A DNA stretch of 53,769 nucleotides from an uncultured bacterium (GTDB lineage: Bacteria > Patescibacteriota > Minisyncoccia > Phycocordibacterales > Phycocordibacteraceae), in assembly GCA_903994795.1 (NCBI GenBank), contig CAJEYI010000003.1:1-53769 (forward strand), written 5' to 3'. Position 1 is the stretch's first letter; each line of letters starts with the position of its first letter. Of this stretch, positions 1 to 9,211 are shown piece by piece. The position numbers were made by a program, and so were the translations under genes. The notes beneath the pieces are model-generated. The model searched no databases. It worked only from the letters and a program-made list of their open reading frames with translations, and was not told where the DNA came from.

Positions 1-40
1 CGCTCCGTGACTGGAGTTCAGACGTGTGCTCTTCCGATCT
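1..40 (+). other. Illumina TruSeq adapter contamination (assembly artefact)
   Basis: 7-40 is GTGACTGGAGTTCAGACGTGTGCTCTTCCGATCT, the TruSeq read-2 primer/index adapter sequence; 1-6 is probably part of the index. Confidence 0.98.
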
Positions 41-48
41 CAACTCAA

Positions 49-609
49 ATGAAAACACTTTCTATTTATACAAATAAAAAGCCACACGGATTCACACTTA
101 TCGAATTGCTCGTGGTTGTTTCAATTATTGGTTTGTTGTCATCCGTGGTTTTGGCTGGTATGAATAGTGCCCGATATGCCGCAAACGATGCGAGGCGTTT
201 TTCAGACCTCCGACAAATGGAAAAGGCACTTGATACGTACTATGCAGACAATGGGAGATATCCATCAACGAGTGGTCAATGGAATTCCCAGTGTAATACA
301 TTTACAAACGTTACGGCAGAAAATGCCATTGTTGGAGCATCTCCTTCGCCCGCATTTATCGGAACCTATATACCTGTAATACCTCAAGATCCTAATTTCA
401 ATTCAGGCACGCTTACTTCTAACTGTTACGCGTATAACTCAAATGGTACGGACTATAAACTCGTCGATTATCTTCCATCAAACTCTGCGACAACAAATGC
501 GCGATACGCAAATTTTGTAGATCCATATTATACATATTCTTTATCACATGGTGGAGGCTTTAATTTCAGATGGGCAGTTTGGAGTGCGGGGTATGCGCAG
601 CAAAACTAA
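49..609 (+). CDS. Type IV pilin / GspG-like prepilin
   Basis: Class III signal peptide HG|FTLIELLVVVSIIGLL, then ARR-x-SDL...ALDTYY-D-GRYP. Start set at ATG 49 because the upstream in-frame part is adapter-derived. Confidence 0.9.
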   Translation: MKTLSIYTNKKPHGFTLIELLVVVSIIGLLSSVVLAGMNSARYAANDARRFSDLRQMEKALDTYYADNGRYPSTSGQWNSQCNTFTNVTAENAIVGASPSPAFIGTYIPVIPQDPNFNSGTLTSNCYAYNSNGTDYKLVDYLPSNSATTNARYANFVDPYYTYSLSHGGGFNFRWAVWSAGYAQQN

Positions 610-621
610 CATTTAAAATCC

Positions 622-873
622 ATGGAAGGTGTTACATTTAACGACGATACAGAAACTGCTCCACGAAGGACAGTGCCTTCAAAAAAGGAATCAATTCTGG
701 TGCGTCTAGTGTTGGCCTTCGGTCTTGCGAAAGATGCTGCGGGAGCACAGGTCGTGCTCTTTATCCTTGCTGTCTTGTGTTTTGCGGGAGCGATTTTTGT
801 ACAGGTTTGGTTGAGTCAAACGTATTCAACACCGAAAGCTGCCCCAGGTACTCTCACTCAGTCACATAAGTAA
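622..873 (+). CDS. Small membrane protein, unknown function
   Basis: 83-aa ORF with a hydrophobic segment (VVLFILAVLCFAGAIFV), tightly packed between pilin and rpe. Confidence 0.7.
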   Translation: MEGVTFNDDTETAPRRTVPSKKESILVRLVLAFGLAKDAAGAQVVLFILAVLCFAGAIFVQVWLSQTYSTPKAAPGTLTQSHK

Positions 874-890
874 GTAAGGAGACAAATAAC

Positions 891-1619
891 ATGAGTACCA
901 TCGTCCCAGCAATACTTTCAACAACAAGGGAGGATCTCGAAAAGAAACTTGCCGTGCTCGATGGTTCGGCTATGTCAGCACAGATTGATGTAATAGATGG
1001 AAAGTTTGCTACGCCACCAACGTGGCCATATGTGGATTCAAAGCAAGTGGGTGTGCCAATTTTGTCATCCGATTCTGGTGACATGTTTCCATATCTTGGA
1101 CAGCTTGAATACGAAATAGATTTAATGGTTGCTTCACCTGAAGACGTAATCGGTGCGTGGATAGAGGCTGGCGCATCGCGCATTACAATTCATGCAGAAA
1201 GTGCAAAAGATCTTGCGAAAGTATTTGAAGAAATACGTCTGAAGTATGGCCACGAGAAGAACTTTGTTCCAGGTCTCTTGTCTATTGGGCTTGCGCTAAA
1301 TATTGAAACTGAGATTGCACTCATAGAGCCATACCTAGATTCTGTCGACTACGTGCAGTTTATGGGAATTGCGAAAATCGGCAGGCAGGGTGAAGCTTTT
1401 GATTCACGAGTAATACGCAAAATCACAACCTTTCATGCAAAATATCCCGAGATGCCAATACAGGTAGATGGTGGAGTGTCACTTGATACTGCGCCGTTAC
1501 TTTTGAAAGCGGGTGTGAAGAGACTGATTGTGGGATCAGGAATATGGAAGACCACAAATCCTATTGAATCAATTCAACGATTCACTGCACTAGCGCAAGA
1601 ATTTGGTTTGTACGAATAG
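891..1619 (+). CDS. rpe: Ribulose-phosphate 3-epimerase family protein (divergent metal ligands)
   Basis: IVPAIL, QIDVIDG, EIDLMV, VQFMG, QVDGGV and IVGSGI motifs; next to transketolase. Confidence 0.85.
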   Translation: MSTIVPAILSTTREDLEKKLAVLDGSAMSAQIDVIDGKFATPPTWPYVDSKQVGVPILSSDSGDMFPYLGQLEYEIDLMVASPEDVIGAWIEAGASRITIHAESAKDLAKVFEEIRLKYGHEKNFVPGLLSIGLALNIETEIALIEPYLDSVDYVQFMGIAKIGRQGEAFDSRVIRKITTFHAKYPEMPIQVDGGVSLDTAPLLLKAGVKRLIVGSGIWKTTNPIESIQRFTALAQEFGLYE

Positions 1620-1662
1620 TCATACGTAGTTTTGTATCTTTGCATGGTATCGTATACAGAGT

Positions 1663-2562
1663 ATGGCACTCACTGATGCAGAAATTTTACACATTGAAGA
1701 TAAGGCAGAAAAAATTCGCGAGACGATCATTGAAATGCTTGTAGCTGCTGGAAGCGGACACACTGCGGGTCCACTTGGTACGGCAGACATTTTTGCAGCA
1801 CTGTACTTTCATGTATTGAAGCATGATCCGCAAAATCCTGAATGGGAAGAACGTGACCGACTTATACTCTCGAACGGGCATATTGTGCCAGTACGGTACG
1901 CCGCGATGGCACATGCAGGATATTTTCCAATAGAGGAGTGCCTGACGCTTCGAAAGTTCGGTTCACGACTGCAGGGACATCCTGAACGCCCGCGCCTACC
2001 AGGGCTTGAGACGACGTCTGGGCCACTTGGTCAGGGACTGTCACAAGGAAACGGGCTTGCATACTCGCTTCTGATGGACGCGCAACGCCCGCAATCCGGA
2101 GCCGGCATACGCACGCCGGCACCCGTCTCAAGACGTGTGTACGTTGCGATGGGAGATGGTGAGCAAAACGAAGGAAATGTGTGGGAAGCAGTGATGTGGG
2201 CAGGAAAGAATAAGCTACACAACCTCACTGCGATTATTGATCGCAACAACATTCAGATAGACGGTATGACCGAAGATATCATGCCACTCGACTCGCTACG
2301 TGCGAAGTACGAAGCATTTAACTGGCACGTGCTTGAAGTAGATGGGCACAATGTCCGCGCGTTCATTGATGCAGTAGATGAAGCAAGAGCGATTTATGAA
2401 AAGCCAACCGTCATAATCGCACACACAATTCCAGGAAAAGGCGTGCCCGAAATTGAATTCGATTATCACTGGCACGGGAAGCCGCCAACAGCAGAAGAGG
2501 GCAAGCAGTTCTTAAAAGATATCCGTACACTTAAAGGAAAACTCCCACACGAATATGCTTAA
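1663..2562 (+). CDS. tktA: Transketolase, N-terminal (TPP-binding) subunit
   Basis: SGH, DRLILSNGH, LQGHP, GDGE..EG..WEA TPP motif, HTIPGKG. Confidence 0.95.
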   Translation: MALTDAEILHIEDKAEKIRETIIEMLVAAGSGHTAGPLGTADIFAALYFHVLKHDPQNPEWEERDRLILSNGHIVPVRYAAMAHAGYFPIEECLTLRKFGSRLQGHPERPRLPGLETTSGPLGQGLSQGNGLAYSLLMDAQRPQSGAGIRTPAPVSRRVYVAMGDGEQNEGNVWEAVMWAGKNKLHNLTAIIDRNNIQIDGMTEDIMPLDSLRAKYEAFNWHVLEVDGHNVRAFIDAVDEARAIYEKPTVIIAHTIPGKGVPEIEFDYHWHGKPPTAEEGKQFLKDIRTLKGKLPHEYA

Positions 2563-3595
2563 CCCACATGCAAAATTAGTGCAGAATATTTTTGACGCAA
2601 AACTTGAACAGAAACCAACGCGTGATGGTTTTGGTACTGGAACAATAGAAGCGGGAAAGAGTAATGAAAACGTATTGGTGCTTTGTGCGGATCTTGCAGA
2701 AAGCACGCGAGCAGAATGGTTTCAAAAAGAATTCCCTGAGAGATTTATTGAAATGGGAATTGCGGAGCAAAATATGGCAGCAACAGCTGCTGGCTTCGCG
2801 CTCGCAGGAAAAGTTCCATTCATGGCTTCGTATGCAGCATTCTCACCTGGACGAAACTATGAACAAATTCGCACGACTATCGCATTAAACAACTTGCATG
2901 TAGTCGTGTGCGGTATGCATGCGGGGGTTTCTGTTGGACCAGATGGTGCAACTCACCAAATGCTTGAAGATATTGGTCTTATGCGTATGCTCCCGGGCAT
3001 GACCGTCATTGCGCCAAGCGATGCAGAAGAGGCGCGGAAGGCAGTGGTCGCCGCGTCCAAAATGAGCACCCCTGTATATATTCGCTTTGGGCGTTCTCCT
3101 GTGCCGTCGTATACCACACCTGAGACGCCATTTGAAATTGGTAAAGCACTTGTATTGTGGGATTCAGAACTTGCAGAAGGGGTTGAGGGTATACAAATAC
3201 CTCAGAAAGCAAAAGTTGCAATTATGACAACAGGCAGCATGTCACATCAAGCGCTTGTCGCAGCACGTGCGCTTGCTGCAGAAGGAATTGGCACTATCGT
3301 GCTTTCAGTGCCAACAATTAAACCGCTTGATACAGAAGCAGTCGTCTCAGTAGCGCGACGTACAAGTCATGTGGTTACAATCGAAGAGCATACTGTGATG
3401 GGAGGCTTCGGAAGTGCAGTTGCTGAGTGTTTGAGCGAGCAGTACCCTGTGAAAATAGTGCGACTAGGAACACAGGATGTCTTCGGGCAGTCAGGAACTC
3501 CAGATGAGCTTATGCAGCACTACGGTCTTTCTGCAGTGCACATTGGTGAAGCTGTGCGAGAGATTTTGAATCATACCCAGCATAAGAAGAACTAA
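2555..3595 (+). CDS. tktB: Transketolase, C-terminal subunit
   Basis: GIAEQNM, GPDGATHQ, TIKPLD, VVTIEEH; overlaps the N-terminal subunit gene. Confidence 0.95.
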   Translation: MLNPHAKLVQNIFDAKLEQKPTRDGFGTGTIEAGKSNENVLVLCADLAESTRAEWFQKEFPERFIEMGIAEQNMAATAAGFALAGKVPFMASYAAFSPGRNYEQIRTTIALNNLHVVVCGMHAGVSVGPDGATHQMLEDIGLMRMLPGMTVIAPSDAEEARKAVVAASKMSTPVYIRFGRSPVPSYTTPETPFEIGKALVLWDSELAEGVEGIQIPQKAKVAIMTTGSMSHQALVAARALAAEGIGTIVLSVPTIKPLDTEAVVSVARRTSHVVTIEEHTVMGGFGSAVAECLSEQYPVKIVRLGTQDVFGQSGTPDELMQHYGLSAVHIGEAVREILNHTQHKKN

Positions 3596-3604
3596 AAATA
3601 CATC

Positions 3605-3766
3605 ATGGCTATAGACCCGCGAGGAATGAAGCGTTTAGAAATTAATCCCTATTTAGGTTTTACGTTGCTTACACTCTTTGGGCTAGGTATGGTATGGCTC
3701 ATTGTGCACGAAATTTCTCTCGTGAATTTCCAATACGTCGACTATCCGAAGGACTTAGTAAACTAG
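3605..3766 (+). CDS. Putative 53-aa single-pass membrane protein (not in the ORF track)
   Basis: MAIDPRGMKRLEINPYLGFTLLTLFGLGMVWLIVHEISLVNFQYVDYPKDLVN*; fills the gap and its stop overlaps the pfkB stop. Confidence 0.55.
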   Translation: MAIDPRGMKRLEINPYLGFTLLTLFGLGMVWLIVHEISLVNFQYVDYPKDLVN

Positions 3767-4755
3767 ATCAGCTCAGAGACTTTGTATTCTGCAGGTGCGT
3801 CCTTGAGGAATGTTTCCAATGCTTCTCGTGTGAGAAGGCCTTTTTGTGCGCCGACTTCCTGGACGACACTCATAGAATTGATTGGCCCCCAAAGGAGTGC
3901 TTCGTCGAGCGGTTTTCCAAGCGCGAGCGCAACACTCACACTAGATGCAAATGCATCACCAGCACCGGTCCGTTCGTATGGAGCTTTTTGGTCAGGATAC
4001 ATTGGCACAAATAGCATTCGTGTGCCGTCGTATGCGTATGCGCCACGTACATCATCTGTAATAACAATGATGCGTGAACCAAGGTCGTGCATCATCTTTA
4101 GAAGCTCCTGTATGGTTTTGTTTTCAACCTTCAAAATACGCTCAGCCTCTTCCTTGTTTACCACAACCAATTCTGCGCGTGCGTACATTGTCGCAAGCGC
4201 CTCCACTCCCATTTTCATCTGAAATGTGCCGGGCTGGAATACGAGCTTAGTGTCAGGATTTGCTCCAAGCCAGTCAACTAGTTGATGGTGAAATTCAGTG
4301 CTATCACCAAGTGATGATAGGTACAGATATTTCGGCGCAATCATTCCCTCAGGAATTGCATAGGGGAATGGGTTCTGCTTCACGAGGATTGTGCGCTCAT
4401 TTTCATACCAAAGCACATAGTGCTGATTCGATTCACTCTTTGGGTCAGGGACTATATATGTAGTGTCTACATTATTTTGCTTGAGCTCGTCAATACAGCC
4501 ATGGCCGTTCAAGTCATCACCAGTCCAGGCAAGAAGTCCAGACGACAAACCAAGACGTGCAGCACTCACAGCTGCGTTTGCACTATTTCCAACCCCGCGC
4601 ACAGTGACCGCGAATTCGAAGGGGATCTTGTCGCCCCAACGCATGCATATTACGCATTCTTCGTGATTGAGTTCGCAATGCACCTCTGCATCTTTGAGGC
4701 GGATAAAGATGTCGGTCGTAATGTCGCCGATGGCGAGGAAATCAAGTTTTTGCAT
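3763..4755 (-). CDS. PfkB/ribokinase-family carbohydrate kinase
   Basis: GNSANAAVSAARLG, NKEEA, C-terminal ERTGAGDAF signature. Confidence 0.92.
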   Translation of the reverse strand: MQKLDFLAIGDITTDIFIRLKDAEVHCELNHEECVICMRWGDKIPFEFAVTVRGVGNSANAAVSAARLGLSSGLLAWTGDDLNGHGCIDELKQNNVDTTYIVPDPKSESNQHYVLWYENERTILVKQNPFPYAIPEGMIAPKYLYLSSLGDSTEFHHQLVDWLGANPDTKLVFQPGTFQMKMGVEALATMYARAELVVVNKEEAERILKVENKTIQELLKMMHDLGSRIIVITDDVRGAYAYDGTRMLFVPMYPDQKAPYERTGAGDAFASSVSVALALGKPLDEALLWGPINSMSVVQEVGAQKGLLTREALETFLKDAPAEYKVSELI

Positions 4756-4770
4756 GTATGCATTTTACCA

Positions 4771-4926
4771 TGCAGGAAGTGACAACTGTTATTTTAGGGG
4801 CTTTCGGAAAAAGAATGAGATTTCTGAGCCGTAGGGAGTTTGCGAAGAAATTCATTCTTTTGAGAGTGAGGAAGTTTTTAGCAAAAAACTATCCGTACCC
4901 TAAAATAACAGTTGTCACTTCCTGCA
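4771..4926 (+). repeat. Palindromic intergenic element, family A copy 1
   Basis: 29-bp perfect inverted arms (4771-4799 / 4898-4926) around a core GGGCTTTCGGA...GAGAGTGAGGAAGTTTTTAGCAAAAAACTATCCGTACC shared with 30900-31045 and 18565-18679. Confidence 0.9.
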
Positions 4927-4951
4927 GTTGGTAGCATGCTACAATTTACAT

Positions 4952-5965
4952 ATGTTTGACCTTTCTGAAATCGCACGCGACCTCGTAGTACCTGGTAAGG
5001 GAATTCTTGCCGCAGACGAAAGCAATCACTCGGCAGATGAGAAGCGCCTTGCACAGTACGGCATTGCAACGGGTCCTGAAATGCGCCGCCAGTTCCGAGA
5101 CATGCTACTTGAGACACCGGATATTGAAAAGTACCTTTCTGGAGTTATTTTGTTTTCTGAAACACTTGATCAGAAAGATGATGAAGACGGACTCTTTTTC
5201 CCAGAGTCACTAAAGGCACGTGGCATTATCCCTGGAATAAAAGTAGACGAAGGTCTTGAGCCATTTCCAAACAGTCCAGATGAAAGTATCACAAAGGGTC
5301 TCGTAGGACTTGCAGAGCGAGTTGCAGAATTTAAAAGTCGTCATCATCCGGGATTCACGAAGTGGCGTGCAGCGATTACTATCGATGGCGACAGGCTTCC
5401 TACAACAATGGCGCTTGTTGAGAATGCAAAACGTCTCGCTGTATATGCATTTGAAGTACAAAAGGCTGGGATGGTGCCTATAGTCGAACCAGAAGTATTG
5501 CTGGACGGAAACCATAGTCGACTTCGCTCACGAGAGATCATTACCAAAATGATGCATGCATTGGTCGCCGCACTTGAGGATCAGGCAGTAGATATGAGTT
5601 CAGTGATTATAAAGACCTCAATGGCGCTTACCGGAAAAGATGCAAAGAATGCTGGAGGGAAAACTGACACTCCTGAAGAGGTTGCAGAGGATACCCTCGC
5701 AGCTCTTATGGAATCAGTTCCTGCAAGTATTCCAGGCATAGTGTTTCTTTCAGGGGGACAAACTCCCGACGAAGCAATCGCAAACCTTGCAGCAATTACA
5801 AAGCATGCAAAAGAGGTACATGCGCCGTGGCCGCTCACATTCTCATACGCTCGAGCGTTTCAGGAAGAAGCAATAATTGCATGGGCAGGGAAGCAAGAAA
5901 ACGTTGAAATTGCTCGCGAGGCCTTCACAAAACGTATAAAGCAGGCATCTGAAGCTATTCAATAA
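4952..5965 (+). CDS. fba: Class I fructose-bisphosphate aldolase
   Basis: KGILAADES, GIKVD, KWR, VPIVEPEV, FLSGGQ, PWPLTFSYARA; ATG 4952 lies 6 nt after TGC-TACAAT. Confidence 0.95.
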   Translation: MFDLSEIARDLVVPGKGILAADESNHSADEKRLAQYGIATGPEMRRQFRDMLLETPDIEKYLSGVILFSETLDQKDDEDGLFFPESLKARGIIPGIKVDEGLEPFPNSPDESITKGLVGLAERVAEFKSRHHPGFTKWRAAITIDGDRLPTTMALVENAKRLAVYAFEVQKAGMVPIVEPEVLLDGNHSRLRSREIITKMMHALVAALEDQAVDMSSVIIKTSMALTGKDAKNAGGKTDTPEEVAEDTLAALMESVPASIPGIVFLSGGQTPDEAIANLAAITKHAKEVHAPWPLTFSYARAFQEEAIIAWAGKQENVEIAREAFTKRIKQASEAIQ

Positions 5966-6030
5966 GCCCTATATAGAGCATCTCTTGCACTTTCTGCATT
6001 TTTCAGGCATACTCGACATACTATCTATAT

Positions 6031-6660
6031 ATGACAACGCTCACCGCAACACCCCGAACAATCACCGGAAAAACATCTGTACGCCTAGCAAAAGAAGGTC
6101 AAATGCCTGCTGTAGTATATGGTCCAAAACAGGAGACCATTGCTATCTCAATCCCACTCCTTGATTTCAAGCGAATTCTTCGTGACGAAGGTGAATCAAC
6201 AGTTATTGATCTTGAAGGACTTGGAAAACCAATGCAGGTTCTTATTCATGAAGTTGATCGTGATCCTGTTACAGAAAACCCTCGCCACGCAGACTTCTAC
6301 GCTATTGTGAAAGGCTCAAAGGTTGAGGTCGCTGTACCTCTATCATTTATCGGTGAGTCTGCAGCTGTTAAGGCGGGAGCAAACCTTGTAAAGGTTATGC
6401 ACGAACTCGAAATTGAAGCAGGTGCAGCAGATCTCCCACATGAAATCGAAGTCGATATTTCAGTACTTGAGAATGTTGGTGATCAAATTCACGTAAGTGA
6501 CATTAAACTTCCAAAGGGCGTAACAGCCACTGTTGAAGGAGATGAGGTTGTCGCTCTTGTTCAAGAGGTTGAGTCTGAGGAAGCAACTGCAGGACCAGAC
6601 ATGGATGCAATTGAGGTAGAAAAGAAAGGAAAGACTGAGGAAGCAGAAGAAGCTGAATAA
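6031..6660 (+). CDS. rplY: 50S ribosomal protein L25/CTC (long form)
   Basis: MPAVVYG, HADFY, LPHEIEVDIS, IHVSDI, acidic tail. Confidence 0.95.
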   Translation: MTTLTATPRTITGKTSVRLAKEGQMPAVVYGPKQETIAISIPLLDFKRILRDEGESTVIDLEGLGKPMQVLIHEVDRDPVTENPRHADFYAIVKGSKVEVAVPLSFIGESAAVKAGANLVKVMHELEIEAGAADLPHEIEVDISVLENVGDQIHVSDIKLPKGVTATVEGDEVVALVQEVESEEATAGPDMDAIEVEKKGKTEEAEEAE

Positions 6661-6670
6661 TAAAGTTTCA

Positions 6671-6709
6671 GACGAAAACACCAACCGTTACCGGTTGGTG
6701 TTTTCGTTT
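6671..6709 (+). terminator. Intrinsic terminator after rplY
   Basis: GACGAAAACACCAACCG / CGGTTGGTGTTTTCGTT hairpin followed by a T-rich tract. Confidence 0.75.
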
Positions 6710-6797
6710 ATTTGAGGGTTCAAAAAAAGCCTGACCTTTATAGAATAATTCCCTTGCATTTTATTGTCAAACGAATGGCGTGATATACTGAAACTCC

Positions 6798-8219
6798 ATG
6801 CGAAAAGGGAGTTTTCGGAGTATTTTAATAACGCTTTCGGTGCTATTTCTCACAGGCGCTACGCTCGTAGTCGCTCCAGTATTTTCACACGCACAAACAA
6901 GTACTCAGGGTGCAGACGTCGCAGCACGCCGTGCTGCTCTTCAGGCACAGCTCAATCAGCTTGATGTTCAAATTTCACAGACTCAAGACACATTAAATAC
7001 ACTTCATGGTCAGCATACGTCACTTCAAAACCAAATTAATATTCTGAATGCGCAAATTAAAAAGGCACAACTCCAGCTCCAAGCAACAAAACTCGAAATC
7101 CAAGCATTGCAGAGTAACATTGTAATTCACAGCAACACGATCGTGACGCTTTCTGGAACACTCACTAATGAACAGCAGTCACTTGGAGAAATTCTTAGAA
7201 AGACGAACGAGCTTGATCAGTCGTCGCTCGTGCAGGTTGCGCTTTCGGCGCAGGACCTCTCAAGCTTTTTTGGAGATCTCGATTCATTTAATGCTATCAA
7301 GCAGGAACTATCTTCTTCATATACAAAAATTACAAACACACGTACTTCAACAGTCGCAGAAAAGAACGCACTCGAAGATCAACAAACTCAGGCACAGAAA
7401 CTAGCGACTGAGCAAACTCTCGAAGAACAATCTATTCAAGCGTCGCAGGCTCAAAAGCAAGCTCTCCTTAATCAGACCAAAGGACAGGAGGCTACGTATC
7501 AGGGTATTTATAATATTCAGAAGCAAACAATCGCTCAAATTCAAGCAGAGCTCTTCGCACTCGCAGGAAGTTCTGGAAGTATTTCACTTCCAGCAGCTAT
7601 CGCACTAGCGAAGACTGCAGGTGCAGCAACAGGGGTAGATCCCGCACTGATTCTTGGTATTTTGAAGCAAGAGACTGACATAGGAAAGAACGTCGGCACA
7701 GCGAGCTATCATGATGCAATGCATCCAACACGCGACGTGCCAGAGTTCCTCGCAATCACCGCGCAGCTAGGTCTTAATCCAGAAACTTTAAAGGTCTCAG
7801 CTGCTCCTTCATATGGTTGGGGTGGTGCTATGGGGCCAGCACAGTTTATTCCGTCAACATGGGCGTGCTATGGGGGATTTGTAAATGCCACCACGGGATC
7901 ATGCGGAAAAGGTACTGATGGTACATATGCAGGACCATGGCAATACAATGCTGCAAAAGACCGCATCGCCAAGCTCGCTGGTCATCCAAATACGCCATCT
8001 AATCCGTTTAATAATCTCGACGCATTCACTGCGACTGCGCTTCTCATGGCAGACAATGGTGCGACCACAAAGACCTTTGCAGCTGAGCGAACTGCTGCAC
8101 TTCGATACTTCGCTGGATGGGGAAATGCAAGTAACCCCGCGTATGCGTTCTATGGAGATGATGTCATGGCATTTGCAGCGCAGTTCCAATCGGATATTAG
8201 TACACTGGGCGGGTCGTAG
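6798..8219 (+). CDS. Secreted coiled-coil lytic transglycosylase (peptidoglycan hydrolase)
   Basis: Signal peptide ending SHA, long Q/L coiled coil, LILGILKQET catalytic Glu, GAMGPAQFIPSTW motif. Confidence 0.85.
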   Translation: MRKGSFRSILITLSVLFLTGATLVVAPVFSHAQTSTQGADVAARRAALQAQLNQLDVQISQTQDTLNTLHGQHTSLQNQINILNAQIKKAQLQLQATKLEIQALQSNIVIHSNTIVTLSGTLTNEQQSLGEILRKTNELDQSSLVQVALSAQDLSSFFGDLDSFNAIKQELSSSYTKITNTRTSTVAEKNALEDQQTQAQKLATEQTLEEQSIQASQAQKQALLNQTKGQEATYQGIYNIQKQTIAQIQAELFALAGSSGSISLPAAIALAKTAGAATGVDPALILGILKQETDIGKNVGTASYHDAMHPTRDVPEFLAITAQLGLNPETLKVSAAPSYGWGGAMGPAQFIPSTWACYGGFVNATTGSCGKGTDGTYAGPWQYNAAKDRIAKLAGHPNTPSNPFNNLDAFTATALLMADNGATTKTFAAERTAALRYFAGWGNASNPAYAFYGDDVMAFAAQFQSDISTLGGS

Positions 8220-8293
8220 TTTTTTACAAGGAGTTTTCTTTTCCACAAGCTACAGAATATGGGGGGCTTGCAAGGTGTATGATGAATATACGT

Positions 8294-9211
8294 ATGATGA
8301 GCCTTACTCGTGCACAAAAAATATTGATAGGAGTTGGGATTGTGTTGATTTTAGTGATTGTGATAAGTGTCGCTGGATATTTTTATTTTAAAAGTGTAAC
8401 CACAAAGCCAAATGAAATTCGGTTTGCAATGGTTGAGCGAACAGGTAAGCAGTGGTATGCACTATCTGGACATAAGGTTATAAAAGTTGAGAGTCCATTT
8501 GGCATGGATTCCGTGAATCCTATCGTACGAGATGTTGCGCTGCCATTAAAATCAAGCGACGTGCCCGTACTGGTTAGAGTTAGCAATGGGTCTCAGCTTG
8601 CTGTAGTGCGCGGATCAAAAAAAGTATTTGTACCGTTTCTTCCAAATGACACCTCATACAAAGTCGACATAACCGATCGACCTGACGGCATGGTTGCGTT
8701 TTCTGAATACAGCATAGCGACGAGTACGGGAGGTGTCGAGGGGAAGTGGACACTTGCTTCATATTCTTTATATCCCCAAGGAGGACTAGCTCCTGAAACA
8801 AAAGCATTGCTCATAGGAAACGGATTCAGTCCTCGTTTTGTAGCTGATGGAAGTCTTGTTGCCATTAATTCAGAAGGTCTTGTGCGAGTCGACCCAACCT
8901 CAATAGGTCACTCAGTACTTATAAACCGTCCAAACGTGCAGTACGGTACTGCAGCAATTTCACAAGACGCAACACGAGTGCTCCTGCCAAATTCTGTAGC
9001 AAAAACTATCGATTTTTTCTCGATTGATGCAAAGCACGCAAACAGCATTTCATATATTGGTTCAATACAAGGCGAGAAAGTGGTAGGTGCAGTACCAGTT
9101 GCGTTTCTTTCCGACACGTCGTTTGTTGCAGAGCAAGCTCCGGGAGTATTCACCGTGTATGATGTAGGTAAGACAGGTATCATTTCAAAGACGCATACAG
9201 CAACACTATGA
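8294..9211 (+). CDS. Membrane-anchored beta-rich (propeller-like) protein
   Basis: N-terminal TM; repeated short strand motifs (PDGMVAF, FVADGSLVA, ISQDATRVLL); start codon uncertain (8279-8297). Confidence 0.7.
   Translation: MMSLTRAQKILIGVGIVLILVIVISVAGYFYFKSVTTKPNEIRFAMVERTGKQWYALSGHKVIKVESPFGMDSVNPIVRDVALPLKSSDVPVLVRVSNGSQLAVVRGSKKVFVPFLPNDTSYKVDITDRPDGMVAFSEYSIATSTGGVEGKWTLASYSLYPQGGLAPETKALLIGNGFSPRFVADGSLVAINSEGLVRVDPTSIGHSVLINRPNVQYGTAAISQDATRVLLPNSVAKTIDFFSIDAKHANSISYIGSIQGEKVVGAVPVAFLSDTSFVAEQAPGVFTVYDVGKTGIISKTHTATL

Noticed and set aside
4826-4846. GAGCCGTA...TGCGAA resembling group II intron domain V
   Set aside because: No complementary CGTACGGTTC arm, domain VI or RT; it is a loop within the family A palindrome
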